NCBI GenBank assembly: GCA_965223545.1 | Contig: OZ245006.1 | Location: forward strand, 3,072,001 to 3,136,000 | Reading direction: 5' to 3' | From: Planctomycetota bacterium | Lineage (GTDB): Bacteria; Planctomycetota; UBA1135; UBA2386 | Length of the DNA: 64,000 nt | In this document: positions 40,995 to 49,826 of the stretch, one piece after another | Layout of the letters: every line of letters begins with the position of its first letter | How positions within the stretch are numbered: position 1 is the stretch's first letter | Notes under the pieces: model-generated | Seen by the model: the letters and a program-made list of their open reading frames with translations, nothing else | Databases searched by the model: none | What the model was told of the DNA's origin: nothing | Made by a program: the position numbers and the translations under genes

Positions 40995-43001
40995 TCAGGA
41001 GTCCGCCGCGTACCCGAGGCAGACCAGCTCGCCCGCGCTGCTGCGGCAGTACACCCGCCCACCGGCGACGACCGGACTGGCCCAGCAGGCCCCTCCGGAC
41101 AGTGCATCGACCGCCCACCGCTCCGAGAAGCCCGCGGGCGTCGCGCCCGCCGCGACCAGACGGCCACGCGCGCTGATGATCACCAACTGATCGCCCGCCA
41201 GCGTCAATGCCCCCATGCCCAAACCGCGCTTGCGCCAGCGCTCCGCACCGGCGAGATCGACACACTTCAAGGTGCCCTCGTCGAATCCGTACAGATGACC
41301 GTCGAAGTGCACCGCTCCCGACAGCTTGGTGCGCAGTACGCGATTCTGCCACAGCGGAATCAAGCCGTCGTCGCCAATCCGCAGCAGTGCGCAGCCGTGA
41401 TTGTAGCCGGACGAGATGAAGATCCGGTCGTCGACGACCACAGGGGTCGACGCGTTGACGGTTTCCGGCCCCTTGCGCCAAGCGTGGAAGCCCACGGCGC
41501 TGCCGTCGGCGCGATCGAGCACGAACAGCCCCCGTTTGGCGAACGCCGCCAGGAGTCGGCGACCACGCCACGCGAACGGCGCCGGCGTCGAGTACATCGC
41601 AGCCAAGTCCGGCGACCGCCAGCGGAGATCGCCGGTCTCGGCATCCAGGGCCAACATGTCGGCGACTCCGTAGAAGATCGTGTCACCGACGACGATCGCC
41701 GAACCACCGAAGCCGTAGTCCGTTCCGGTCAACCCCAGCTCGCGCGCCAACGCGCGATGCCAGAGGAGGGCGCCGTCGGCGGCTGACAAGCAACGCAACT
41801 CGCCTTCCCGATGCGCCAGGTAGACGCGCCCGTCGTGCACGGCGGGGGTCGCCAAGGTGCCACCACTGTGACCGAGAGCCCGCAGTTGCGCGGGGTAGCG
41901 CACATCCCATTCGACCTCACCCGAGGCGGCGTCGATCCGCCACACGACATCCACTCCACCTTCCTCGTCGTGTCCGGCGGTGAACACGCTGCCGTCGACC
42001 ACCGCGACACTCGAGTGTCCGAGGCCCACCGCGGCACGCCACAGTACCGCCGGTGGCCCGTCCCCCCGCCAGCCGGGGTCCGCGCCGACGTTGTCCACTC
42101 TCGGCCCGCGCCACTGCGGCCAGTCCGCCACCGGGCTCGCCTTGCCCTCGCCAGCCGGACGGGGCGCGCCCTCGCGCGGCGGGCGGTCGGGGTCCTTCGA
42201 CGGAAGCGCGGCCGGCAGCGACGGCCGCGACAACACCTCCGGCATGGGTTCCGGTGGCCAGGGAATCTGCAGCCGTGCGGCGACGGCGGCGGCCTCCTCG
42301 CTCTTCTCGAGCGCGGCCAACAGTGCCGGCACCAGCTCCAGAGCAGCCAAGCCATCCAGCGCGGTGAACACCCGGCCGGAGCGGATTGCCGGTCGATTCC
42401 CGACCACGGTGAGCGCTGGGTACTCCGCCTGCAACCGCGCAACCATCGGCGAAGGCACCGTGATGCGCGCCTCACCGAGGACGCCCGCAGTCGCCAAGAG
42501 CCAGCTACCGGCCCCGACACCGACCACCGCGCGGGCGCGCGCAGAGATGTTCCGCACCGCGGCCAGCACCATGTCGTCGCCGGCGGTGCTGCGCACGTTG
42601 CCCCCAGGCACCACGAAGACATCGATCGGCGGCAGCTCGGCGAACGAGTACTCGGCGACCGCGGTCACGACGCCCTGCACCCGCACGGGGTCCAGGGTGT
42701 CGGCGATGGTGAAGACCCGGACGGCGCGCGAGTCCTGCAGCAGACCGGTCGCGGCGGCCAGCTCGAACAGGTCCACGCCGGGATACAGCAGCACGCCAAC
42801 CTGCGGGACGGTCTCGATCGGCACCAGCTGCATTCCACACTGGCCGCAAGCACCGGCTTCTGGATGGCGATCGCGGTGGCAATCGACACTGCACGGCGGG
42901 CAGACCCAGCTGCCGGCCGAGGAAGGCTGCGCCGCCGCCAGCGGCAAGACCCCGACAACGAGGGCGAGGAGGAGGGTTGAGCTGCGAACGAGCACCGACA
43001 T
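40995..43001 (-). CDS. Exported fusion: Cys-rich heavy-metal-binding motif - DJ-1/PfpI - PQQ-like beta-propeller
   Basis: WVCPPC...GACGQCGMQLVP; VGVLLYPGV, VFVVPGG (DJ-1); Pro-rich linker; DWPQWRGP, GHSSV, STPVV, WASPVV. Confidence 0.82.
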   Translation of the reverse strand: MSVLVRSSTLLLALVVGVLPLAAAQPSSAGSWVCPPCSVDCHRDRHPEAGACGQCGMQLVPIETVPQVGVLLYPGVDLFELAAATGLLQDSRAVRVFTIADTLDPVRVQGVVTAVAEYSFAELPPIDVFVVPGGNVRSTAGDDMVLAAVRNISARARAVVGVGAGSWLLATAGVLGEARITVPSPMVARLQAEYPALTVVGNRPAIRSGRVFTALDGLAALELVPALLAALEKSEEAAAVAARLQIPWPPEPMPEVLSRPSLPAALPSKDPDRPPREGAPRPAGEGKASPVADWPQWRGPRVDNVGADPGWRGDGPPAVLWRAAVGLGHSSVAVVDGSVFTAGHDEEGGVDVVWRIDAASGEVEWDVRYPAQLRALGHSGGTLATPAVHDGRVYLAHREGELRCLSAADGALLWHRALARELGLTGTDYGFGGSAIVVGDTIFYGVADMLALDAETGDLRWRSPDLAAMYSTPAPFAWRGRRLLAAFAKRGLFVLDRADGSAVGFHAWRKGPETVNASTPVVVDDRIFISSGYNHGCALLRIGDDGLIPLWQNRVLRTKLSGAVHFDGHLYGFDEGTLKCVDLAGAERWRKRGLGMGALTLAGDQLVIISARGRLVAAGATPAGFSERWAVDALSGGACWASPVVAGGRVYCRSSAGELVCLGYAADS

Positions 43002-43110
43002 GCGAGAATCCTCAGCGACACGGGAGCGAGGGGCGACCCGGTGCTCCGCGCCGCCAGGCGACATCTGCCGCCAAATCAAGGCCAGTCGCGCGGCTATGAT
43101 GCTCGGCGCC

Positions 43111-44367
43111 ATGCCGTGCCGCGCTGCCACGCTCGTCGCCGTCACCGCGTTCGTCGCGATCGGCGGGCCCGGTCTCTGCCAGGACCCCGCCGTCGACCAT
43201 CCCCACCAGCGACCGCCGGCCGACATCCCCGACGCCGAGCTCCTGCGGCGCGGCCTCGATCTGCTCGAGGCGGGGTGGTCGTGGGAGGCCGGCCGGTGGT
43301 TTCGCGAGCTCGTCGAGCGCGGCGACGAGCCCACCGGCTACCTCGGGTTGGCACTGGCGACGCGCGCTGCGCCGCGCCGGGCGGCGGAGTTGATGGCCAA
43401 GGCGACCGCCGCGCGGAAGAGCGCCGGACCGCTTGCGCGGCGGGTGATCGACGCCTACAGCGATTGCTTTCGGGCGGCGACGCGCCCGTCCGCGGCGGAC
43501 GAGACCTTCGACGCACCGCCGGACCCCGAGCGGCGCGCCGCCCTGCGCGCCGCGCTGGCAACGCTCGTGGAACAACACCCGGCCGCCGTCATTCCGCGGC
43601 AGCTGCTGGCGATCGAGCAGGACACGCCACCGCCCCCGACCGAAGCGGAGCAGGCCGGCACGTGTCTCCGACTCGCCCATCAGTTCCTGCGCGAAACCGG
43701 CGCGATGCCTTTCCTGATTCCCGGTCACGCCAGCCTGCTGTCGGCGGCGGGCGCCGGCGGCAACACCGCGCTGGCACGTCTCCCGCGCCACCCGCACCAC
43801 TCCGCCGCCGCAGCCGTCGACGCCACGCGGCTCGCCGCCGGCCTCCGCTCGCTGCTCCGTGATCCGAGCGGTGGCGATCGCGAGACCCCCCTGCTCTGGC
43901 AGCCGCGCCGCGCACCGGGCTTCGATCTCGAGCGCGGGCTCGGTGGGCGCGGCACTTCGGCGTCCCTCCGCGGCAAGCCCGCCCTGGTCGTGTTCTTCTT
44001 GGGGTTTGGTTGAGTGCATTGTGTCGCCCAGCTCGGTGAGCTGGACCCCATGGCCCCGGCGTTCGCCCGCGCCGGCATCGAGGTCGTCAGCATCGGCACC
44101 GACGATCGCGACCAGGTGCGTGCCGCCCACCAAGCCGCGCTGGAGAACGGCGTGGACCCCCTGCACTTCGACGTCTTGTGCGACCCCGACGGCGCCGAGT
44201 TCCGGCGTTGGGGCGCTTGGGACGAATTCGCCGACGAAGCGCTGCACGGCACGTTCTTGGTCGACGCGGAAGACCGCATCCTGTGGGCCGACATCAGCCG
44301 ACAGCCGTTCTTGCAGACCGAGTTCTTGCTGGCCGAGTGCCAGCGGTTGCTCGCCGCGTGGCGCTGA
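43111..44367 (+). CDS. Exported helical (TPR-like) domain + AhpC/TSA redoxin, probable selenoprotein (in-frame TGA 44011-44013 = Sec in U-V-H-C)
   Basis: ORFs 41980..44013 and 44014..44367 are in the same frame: ...RGKPALVVFFLGFG-TGA-VHCVAQL...VVSIGTD...LCDPD...HGTFLVD; SECIS-like hairpin downstream; start may be 43096. Confidence 0.85.
44023..44046 (+). promoter_or_regulatory. Putative bacterial SECIS element
   Basis: CCAGCTC-GGT-GAGCTGG (44028-44044), perfect 7-bp stem; the G-starting loop begins 22 nt after the UGA. Confidence 0.72.
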
Positions 44368-44380
44368 ACCCGCGGGCCGA

Positions 44381-45187
44381 TCAGCCGCGCCGCGAAGCCC
44401 GCTGCAAAGTGTAGACGTGGCAGTCGTAGCACAGTGCGACGCGGCCCTCGGCATCTGCGTGCGCGGTGTGCAGCACGACGAGCCTGCGCAGCAAGTCGTC
44501 CCGCCGTGGACCGGCTTCGGGAACCGTGGACACGCTGGTGGTGCGACCCAACAGCGCGTCGACGTCCAGCAGCTGCTGGTTGGGGAACGCCGCGTGCCGC
44601 AAGCCAAAGAACCTGCCGGTCGCGTCGATCACGGCCGGATCGAACCTGTTGCGCTCCACCGGTGGCTCGGCGTCGAACTCCTCCATCAGCGCCCGGTAGG
44701 CGTCGGTGAAGGCGTGGCCGGCCACGCGCTTGTTCCAAACCAGCATCAACCGGCCGGCCGGAGCCAAGATGCGCGCGAACTCGGCGGTCGCCGCTTCGAC
44801 GTCGAACCAGTGGAACGCCTGCGCGACGCAGACCAGACCGACGCTGCCCGCGGCCAGCCCCGTGGCGGCGGCTTCTCCCGCGAGCCACGTCACGTTGGGC
44901 GCGGCGACCGCCTGCGCGCGCATCGCGGCGTTGGGCTCGACCGCGAACACCTGCAGCCCACGCGCCGCCAGCCAGCGCGCCGAGATCCCGGTCCCCGCGC
45001 CGATGTCGGCCGCGATGGTGGCCACCGGTCCCGCGGCGGACGACAGCGCGAAGTCGAGCGCCGCGTCCGGATAGCCCGGGCGGTGCCGGGCGTAGTCGGC
45101 GGCGCGCACACTGAAGCGCGCGCGCGGGTCGGGCTCCGATGCTCCCGGCTCCGATGCCCGCGGCTCGGGATCACGCTTGGGAGTCAC
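44381..45187 (-). CDS. Class I SAM-dependent methyltransferase
   Basis: RFS..AADYARHRPGYP, ADIGAGTG, AVEPN, AQAFHWFD; GTGA overlap. Confidence 0.9.
   Translation of the reverse strand: MTPKRDPEPRASEPGASEPDPRARFSVRAADYARHRPGYPDAALDFALSSAAGPVATIAADIGAGTGISARWLAARGLQVFAVEPNAAMRAQAVAAPNVTWLAGEAAATGLAAGSVGLVCVAQAFHWFDVEAATAEFARILAPAGRLMLVWNKRVAGHAFTDAYRALMEEFDAEPPVERNRFDPAVIDATGRFFGLRHAAFPNQQLLDVDALLGRTTSVSTVPEAGPRRDDLLRRLVVLHTAHADAEGRVALCYDCHVYTLQRASRRG
45132..45166. repeat. 15-nt tandem repeat in the methyltransferase N-terminus (EPRAS/EPGAS/EP)
   Basis: ggctccgatgc at 45132 and 45147; partial copy at 45162. Confidence 0.65.
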
Positions 45188-46278
45188 GGACGCGGCATGA
45201 GGGCGATGCCGCCCGCTTGCAGCCCGACGTCGACGGTCGCGACCACGGCCAGCGCTTCCAGGTCGACGACGTCGACGGCACCGGGCTCGGCGCCGACGCC
45301 CTCGGAAGTGACGAAGGCGTAGCGGCCGTCGGCAGTGATCGCGACACCATGTGTCACCCCGCGCGCCGACGGTAGCCGGGCGACTTCGACGCCATCCTCG
45401 AGATCCCAGATCCCGATCGCGCCGGCGGTCTTGTAGGTCACCACCATCCGAGATCCGTCGGGGGTGACCTCGAGATTGTAGGGGCCGGCCGCGGTCTCGA
45501 AGCGGCGGACGACGACCCAGCGCTGCAGATCGACCTCGACCACCGTGGCCGCCCCGTTGAGCGCGCAATAGACCACGCGCCGCTGCGGGTGGGCGTGCAC
45601 CCAAGTCGGCTTGGCCGCCGATGCGTGGCCCTCGGGCGGCTCGACGTCGAGCTGCAGGTCGCGCACGACCTCGAAGCTGACCGCGTCGATCTCGAACAGA
45701 TGGCCGGACATCATCGCGCACGAGTAGTGGAACCGGCCGTCGGGCGACAGGCGCGAGCCGTGTGGCATCGGGCCCGTCTGCGTGCGCGCCACCTCGACCA
45801 TCTCCTCGGGATCGACGATCGAGACCGTGCTGGGCAGCATCCGGCCGTGCAGGTTGAAGTTGACGCAGTACAGCAGGCCGGTCGCCGGCGAGATCTGCAT
45901 CGTGGCCGGGAACATGCCCAGCTCGCATTCACCCACCAGCGCGTCGTCCTCGACCCGGTACTTGTAGAGCAGGCCGAACGGCTTGCCGTGCGCGATCGAC
46001 AAGAACCAGTGCCGGCCGTCGGCAGCGACCGTCAGGCCGTGTGGCCCCTCGATCTCCGTCGGCTGGTAGCCGACTTGAATGACGCGCTCGACGCGGAGCG
46101 ATTCTCCGTCGAACGCGACGCGGTGCACCTCGTCCGCCGACTCGCACGCGACGTAGGCGCGATACGGAGGCGTGGCGTCGACGGCGGCCGGGGCGACATC
46201 CTGTGCCCGCAGCCCCGCCGATGACAAGGCGACCGCGGCCAGAGCCAGCGCGCCGCGATGGAACGACCGCGCCTGCAT
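45184..46278 (-). CDS. Exported YncE/YVTN-type beta-propeller
   Basis: Signal peptide; EGPHGL, MPHGSRLSPDG, GPYNLEVTPDG, THGVAITADG; TGATG overlap. Confidence 0.85.
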   Translation of the reverse strand: MQARSFHRGALALAAVALSSAGLRAQDVAPAAVDATPPYRAYVACESADEVHRVAFDGESLRVERVIQVGYQPTEIEGPHGLTVAADGRHWFLSIAHGKPFGLLYKYRVEDDALVGECELGMFPATMQISPATGLLYCVNFNLHGRMLPSTVSIVDPEEMVEVARTQTGPMPHGSRLSPDGRFHYSCAMMSGHLFEIDAVSFEVVRDLQLDVEPPEGHASAAKPTWVHAHPQRRVVYCALNGAATVVEVDLQRWVVVRRFETAAGPYNLEVTPDGSRMVVTYKTAGAIGIWDLEDGVEVARLPSARGVTHGVAITADGRYAFVTSEGVGAEPGAVDVVDLEALAVVATVDVGLQAGGIALMPRP

Positions 46279-48275
46279 CACCCGCGCCGCCTGCCGGTGT
46301 CCTCCACCAGCTTGACCGCCCATAGGCCGCTGTTCCAATCGGAGAAGAAGATGTGGCCCTTGTGCGGCTGCGGCCCCCACACCATCGGGGCGTTGGGGAC
46401 CACGCCTTTGGGGTGCGTCGGCAGGAACCACGCGATCTCGCGCCCCTGCCGGTAGAGGTCGCCCATCAGCTCGCCGGAGACGTCGACGACGCGCAGGCCG
46501 CCGTTGTAGTAGGCCACGTACATCGTGTTGCCCTCGATCCACAGGTTGTGCGTCCCGGCCTCCGGCACCTCGTAGCGCGCCACCTCGGCCGGCGCGTCCA
46601 CGTCGGTGAAGTCGATGAAGTGGATCCAACCCCGCGCGTAGGTGGGGTCGTTCTTGACGCTGAGCCCGAACGGAAACGCCTCGTCACCGGCGACGACGTA
46701 GAACTTCTGCGTGTCCGGGCTGCGCCACGGAAACGCGGCGTGGTTCCAGCCGGTGGGATACATGTAGCTGCCGAACTCGACCGGCGCCGATGGCGAGCCC
46801 CCGGCGACGCCGTTGCCGACGTCGACCATCCGCACGCCGTAGCTCCAGTTCGAGGAGAACGCGATGCCGTCCTCGATCCACACGTCGTGGATCGAAGCCC
46901 CGGGCTCGAACAGCTGGAAGGAGCCGACGCGCGCCGGCGCGCGGGGCTCGTTGATGTCCAGCACGTCGTAGCGGCGGCCGGCGCTGAGCGCGTAGACGTG
47001 GCCCTTGTCGATGAACAAATTGTGCACGCCACCGGTCAGCTCTTCGGTGAACTCCGAGATGACCGCGGGCTTGCGCGGGTCGGCGACATCGATCAGCACG
47101 ATGCCGTTCTTGCGGTTGGAGGCCCCCTCGCGGCTGATCACACACAGCCTGCCGTCCTCGCTCACCTTGACGTCGTTGACGGTGCGCGCGTCGACAGTGA
47201 CCGTCGAGATGCGCTCGATCCGCGCCGGGTCGGTCACGTCCCAGAAGATGGCGTCGCCGTTGGCGCCCCAAGTACCGGTGACCGCGTAATCCCGGCCATC
47301 GACTCCCTCCCAGACCCAAAGGTCCGAGGTGTGCACGTCGAGCACGGGGCCGTGGCCGACCTTGATCAGCTTCTGCTTGGTCTCGAACCGCGGTTTGCAC
47401 CGCACCACCTGGCGCGCGACCACATCCCCACAGCTGGCGAGGATCGTGTACAGCCCGGGCTGCTCGGCGACGAACCGCCCATCCGGCTCGATCTGGCCGG
47501 TGGCCGCGTTGCCGAGCGTGTCGTCGGGCGCGGCGCGGAAGGTCCATTCGACCGGCACACCGGTGACCGGCAGACCAGCACCGTCGACCGCCGACGCGGC
47601 GCAGCGGAGCACGTCACCCGTGCGCGCCTCGGCGGGCAGCCCATCGATGCGCAGGCCTCGGACCGGGTTGTCCACGACCTCGATCTCGTGCTCCACCGCG
47701 AGGCCGCCGCCTTCGGCACGCAGCACCAGAGGGCCGGGCCGCAAGCCGGTGAGATGGCCGTGCGCATCGAGTCCGGCCACCGATCGGTCGGACACCGACA
47801 GCGAAACCTCGAGGTCCTCGCGATGGAAATCACCTTCGGCCAGAACCGCGCCGACGACGCGCACGCTCGTACCGGTGTACAGGCGATCACCGACGCCACT
47901 CAGCTCGATCCGCTCCGGAGTCGGCTGTGGCACGACGACCGGCACGGTCGCCTGCGGGCCACGCGCGCCCCCCACCACCGCGCGCACGACGATCTCGAAC
48001 GCGCCCGCGCGCAGGGCGTGCACCTCGCCGTCGCGAGAGACCCGCAGCGACCGGCGAGCACGCGAGAAGAAGAACACGTCGCCGTCGACCGGCCGGCCGC
48101 CGACGTCGACGAGCTCGGCGTCGAGCCGAGCCTTCTGACCGACCGGCAAGGTCAGCTGCGGCGGCGTCACGCGGACGACGAGATCCTCGACCGACACGTC
48201 GGGTCGCTCACCCTGTGCCGGAAGAGTCAGCGCCAGGGCGGCGGCGCAGCCGAGAGTAAGAACGGTGCGAGACAA
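46278..48275 (-). CDS. Exported Ig-like + LVIVD-repeat protein
   Basis: N-terminal Ig-like segments; TSDLWVW, NDVKVS, GVHNLF, IHDVW, THNLW, YYNGGLRVVDVS. Confidence 0.85.
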   Translation of the reverse strand: MSRTVLTLGCAAALALTLPAQGERPDVSVEDLVVRVTPPQLTLPVGQKARLDAELVDVGGRPVDGDVFFFSRARRSLRVSRDGEVHALRAGAFEIVVRAVVGGARGPQATVPVVVPQPTPERIELSGVGDRLYTGTSVRVVGAVLAEGDFHREDLEVSLSVSDRSVAGLDAHGHLTGLRPGPLVLRAEGGGLAVEHEIEVVDNPVRGLRIDGLPAEARTGDVLRCAASAVDGAGLPVTGVPVEWTFRAAPDDTLGNAATGQIEPDGRFVAEQPGLYTILASCGDVVARQVVRCKPRFETKQKLIKVGHGPVLDVHTSDLWVWEGVDGRDYAVTGTWGANGDAIFWDVTDPARIERISTVTVDARTVNDVKVSEDGRLCVISREGASNRKNGIVLIDVADPRKPAVISEFTEELTGGVHNLFIDKGHVYALSAGRRYDVLDINEPRAPARVGSFQLFEPGASIHDVWIEDGIAFSSNWSYGVRMVDVGNGVAGGSPSAPVEFGSYMYPTGWNHAAFPWRSPDTQKFYVVAGDEAFPFGLSVKNDPTYARGWIHFIDFTDVDAPAEVARYEVPEAGTHNLWIEGNTMYVAYYNGGLRVVDVSGELMGDLYRQGREIAWFLPTHPKGVVPNAPMVWGPQPHKGHIFFSDWNSGLWAVKLVEDTGRRRG

Positions 48276-48371
48276 GGCATCCTCCGAGAGTGGGGTTGTG
48301 CGCGCGAGATTCTATCGTGTCGTCGATTCGCCGGCACGCGCGCGGAATCCGCGGACCACTACAATGGGCGC

Positions 48372-49751
48372 ATGCGCCGTAGCCCCGGCTCGCCCGCCCT
48401 CTGGATCGCGCTAACCACCCTCAGCACACCGCACACAACCGAACGTACGGAGCCAGGCTCCATTTCATCACTTCCCGCCACCCCCGGCGGGAGCCGCGGC
48501 GAACCCGCACCGCCGCAAACGCCGCCCAACGTCGTCATCATTCTCACCGACGACTTGGGCTACGGCGACACCGGGGTGTACGGCCATCGTTCGATCAAGA
48601 CGCCGGCGATCGATCGGATGGCGGCGGAAGGTCTGCGCTTCACCGACTTCTACGCCGGCGCCTCGGTCTGCACTCCGTCGCGGGCCGCGCTGCTGACCGG
48701 CCGCCACCCCGTCCGCATCGGCCTCGCCGGCAACCAGCCCCGCGTTCTGACACCCAGCTCGACCGGCGGCTTGCCGGCGGTCGAGACCCTCGCGGAGAGA
48801 ATGCGACAGGCGGGCTACGTCACCGGCTGCATCGGCAAGTGGCACCTGGGCCACCTGCCACAGCATCTGCCGACCCAGCACGGCTTCGACTCCTTCTACG
48901 GGGTTCCGTACAGCAACAACATGAGCCCGCTGCCGCTGCTGCGCAACACGACGGTCGTGCAGGCGAATCCGCCGCAGTCCGCGCTCACCGGCCTGTTCAC
49001 GCAAGAGGCGATCGCCTTCGTCAACCGCCACCGCAACAGTCCGTTCTTCTTGTTGCTCTCGTACACCGCGCCGCACGAGCCACTGGTTGCCTCGGCCGCC
49101 TTCGCCGGCACGAGCCAGTACGGCCTCTACGGCGACGTCGTCGAGGAGCTGGACTCCGGTGTCGGCCAAGTGCTGGCGGCCATCTCGAGCGCAGGGCTCG
49201 ATCCGTCGACGCTGTCGTTGTTCCTCAGCGACAACGGGCCCAGCACCGGCTTGGGCGGCTCGACCGGCCCCTTCCGCGGCGCGAAGTCCCGCGTCTACGA
49301 GGGGGGAATCCGCGTGCCCTGCATCGCCCGGTGGCCCGGACGCGTCCCTGCGGGCACGGTCACCGGTCAGCTGGGCTCCGTCCTCGACCTGTTCCCGACG
49401 ATCACGTCGATCACCGGCATCGGCTACCGCCACGTCAAGCTGCTGGACGGCTACGACCTCAGTCCCGTGCTACTGGGCACCGGCGGCAGCCCGCGGCGCG
49501 ACGCGTTCTTCTACTTCGGGCGACACCTGGCCGCGCTGCGAATGGGGAAGTGGAAGGCGCACCTCACCAGCCAGCCCTACCCCCTGACCGCGGATCGGGT
49601 CGTGTTCAACCCCCCGCGCCTCTACGACCTGACGGCCGATCCGCGCGAGCGCTTCGACGTGGCCCCGCACCATCCTCAGATCGTCGCCGCGGTCCTGGCG
49701 CTGGCGGACGCGCACCGGCGCAGCGTGGTCACGGTGCCGTCGCGCTTGTAG
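48372..49751 (+). CDS. Arylsulfatase A-like sulfatase
   Basis: PNVVIILTDDLGYGD, CTPSRAALLTGR, GKWHLG, SDNG, YEGGIRVP, LYDLTADPRE. Confidence 0.93.
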   Translation: MRRSPGSPALWIALTTLSTPHTTERTEPGSISSLPATPGGSRGEPAPPQTPPNVVIILTDDLGYGDTGVYGHRSIKTPAIDRMAAEGLRFTDFYAGASVCTPSRAALLTGRHPVRIGLAGNQPRVLTPSSTGGLPAVETLAERMRQAGYVTGCIGKWHLGHLPQHLPTQHGFDSFYGVPYSNNMSPLPLLRNTTVVQANPPQSALTGLFTQEAIAFVNRHRNSPFFLLLSYTAPHEPLVASAAFAGTSQYGLYGDVVEELDSGVGQVLAAISSAGLDPSTLSLFLSDNGPSTGLGGSTGPFRGAKSRVYEGGIRVPCIARWPGRVPAGTVTGQLGSVLDLFPTITSITGIGYRHVKLLDGYDLSPVLLGTGGSPRRDAFFYFGRHLAALRMGKWKAHLTSQPYPLTADRVVFNPPRLYDLTADPRERFDVAPHHPQIVAAVLALADAHRRSVVTVPSRL

Positions 49752-49826
49752 CGCCGGCGCGCGTTCAGCCGAGCTGCGCGGGCAGCCGATGAGCAAGGAG
49801 AGCCTCCCCGTCGGGCACTGCCGATC

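Noticed and set aside
46353..48371. Apparent 1132-aa sulfatase with a huge N-terminal extension
   Set aside because: The extension is the antisense of the LVIVD gene; the real sulfatase starts near 48372.
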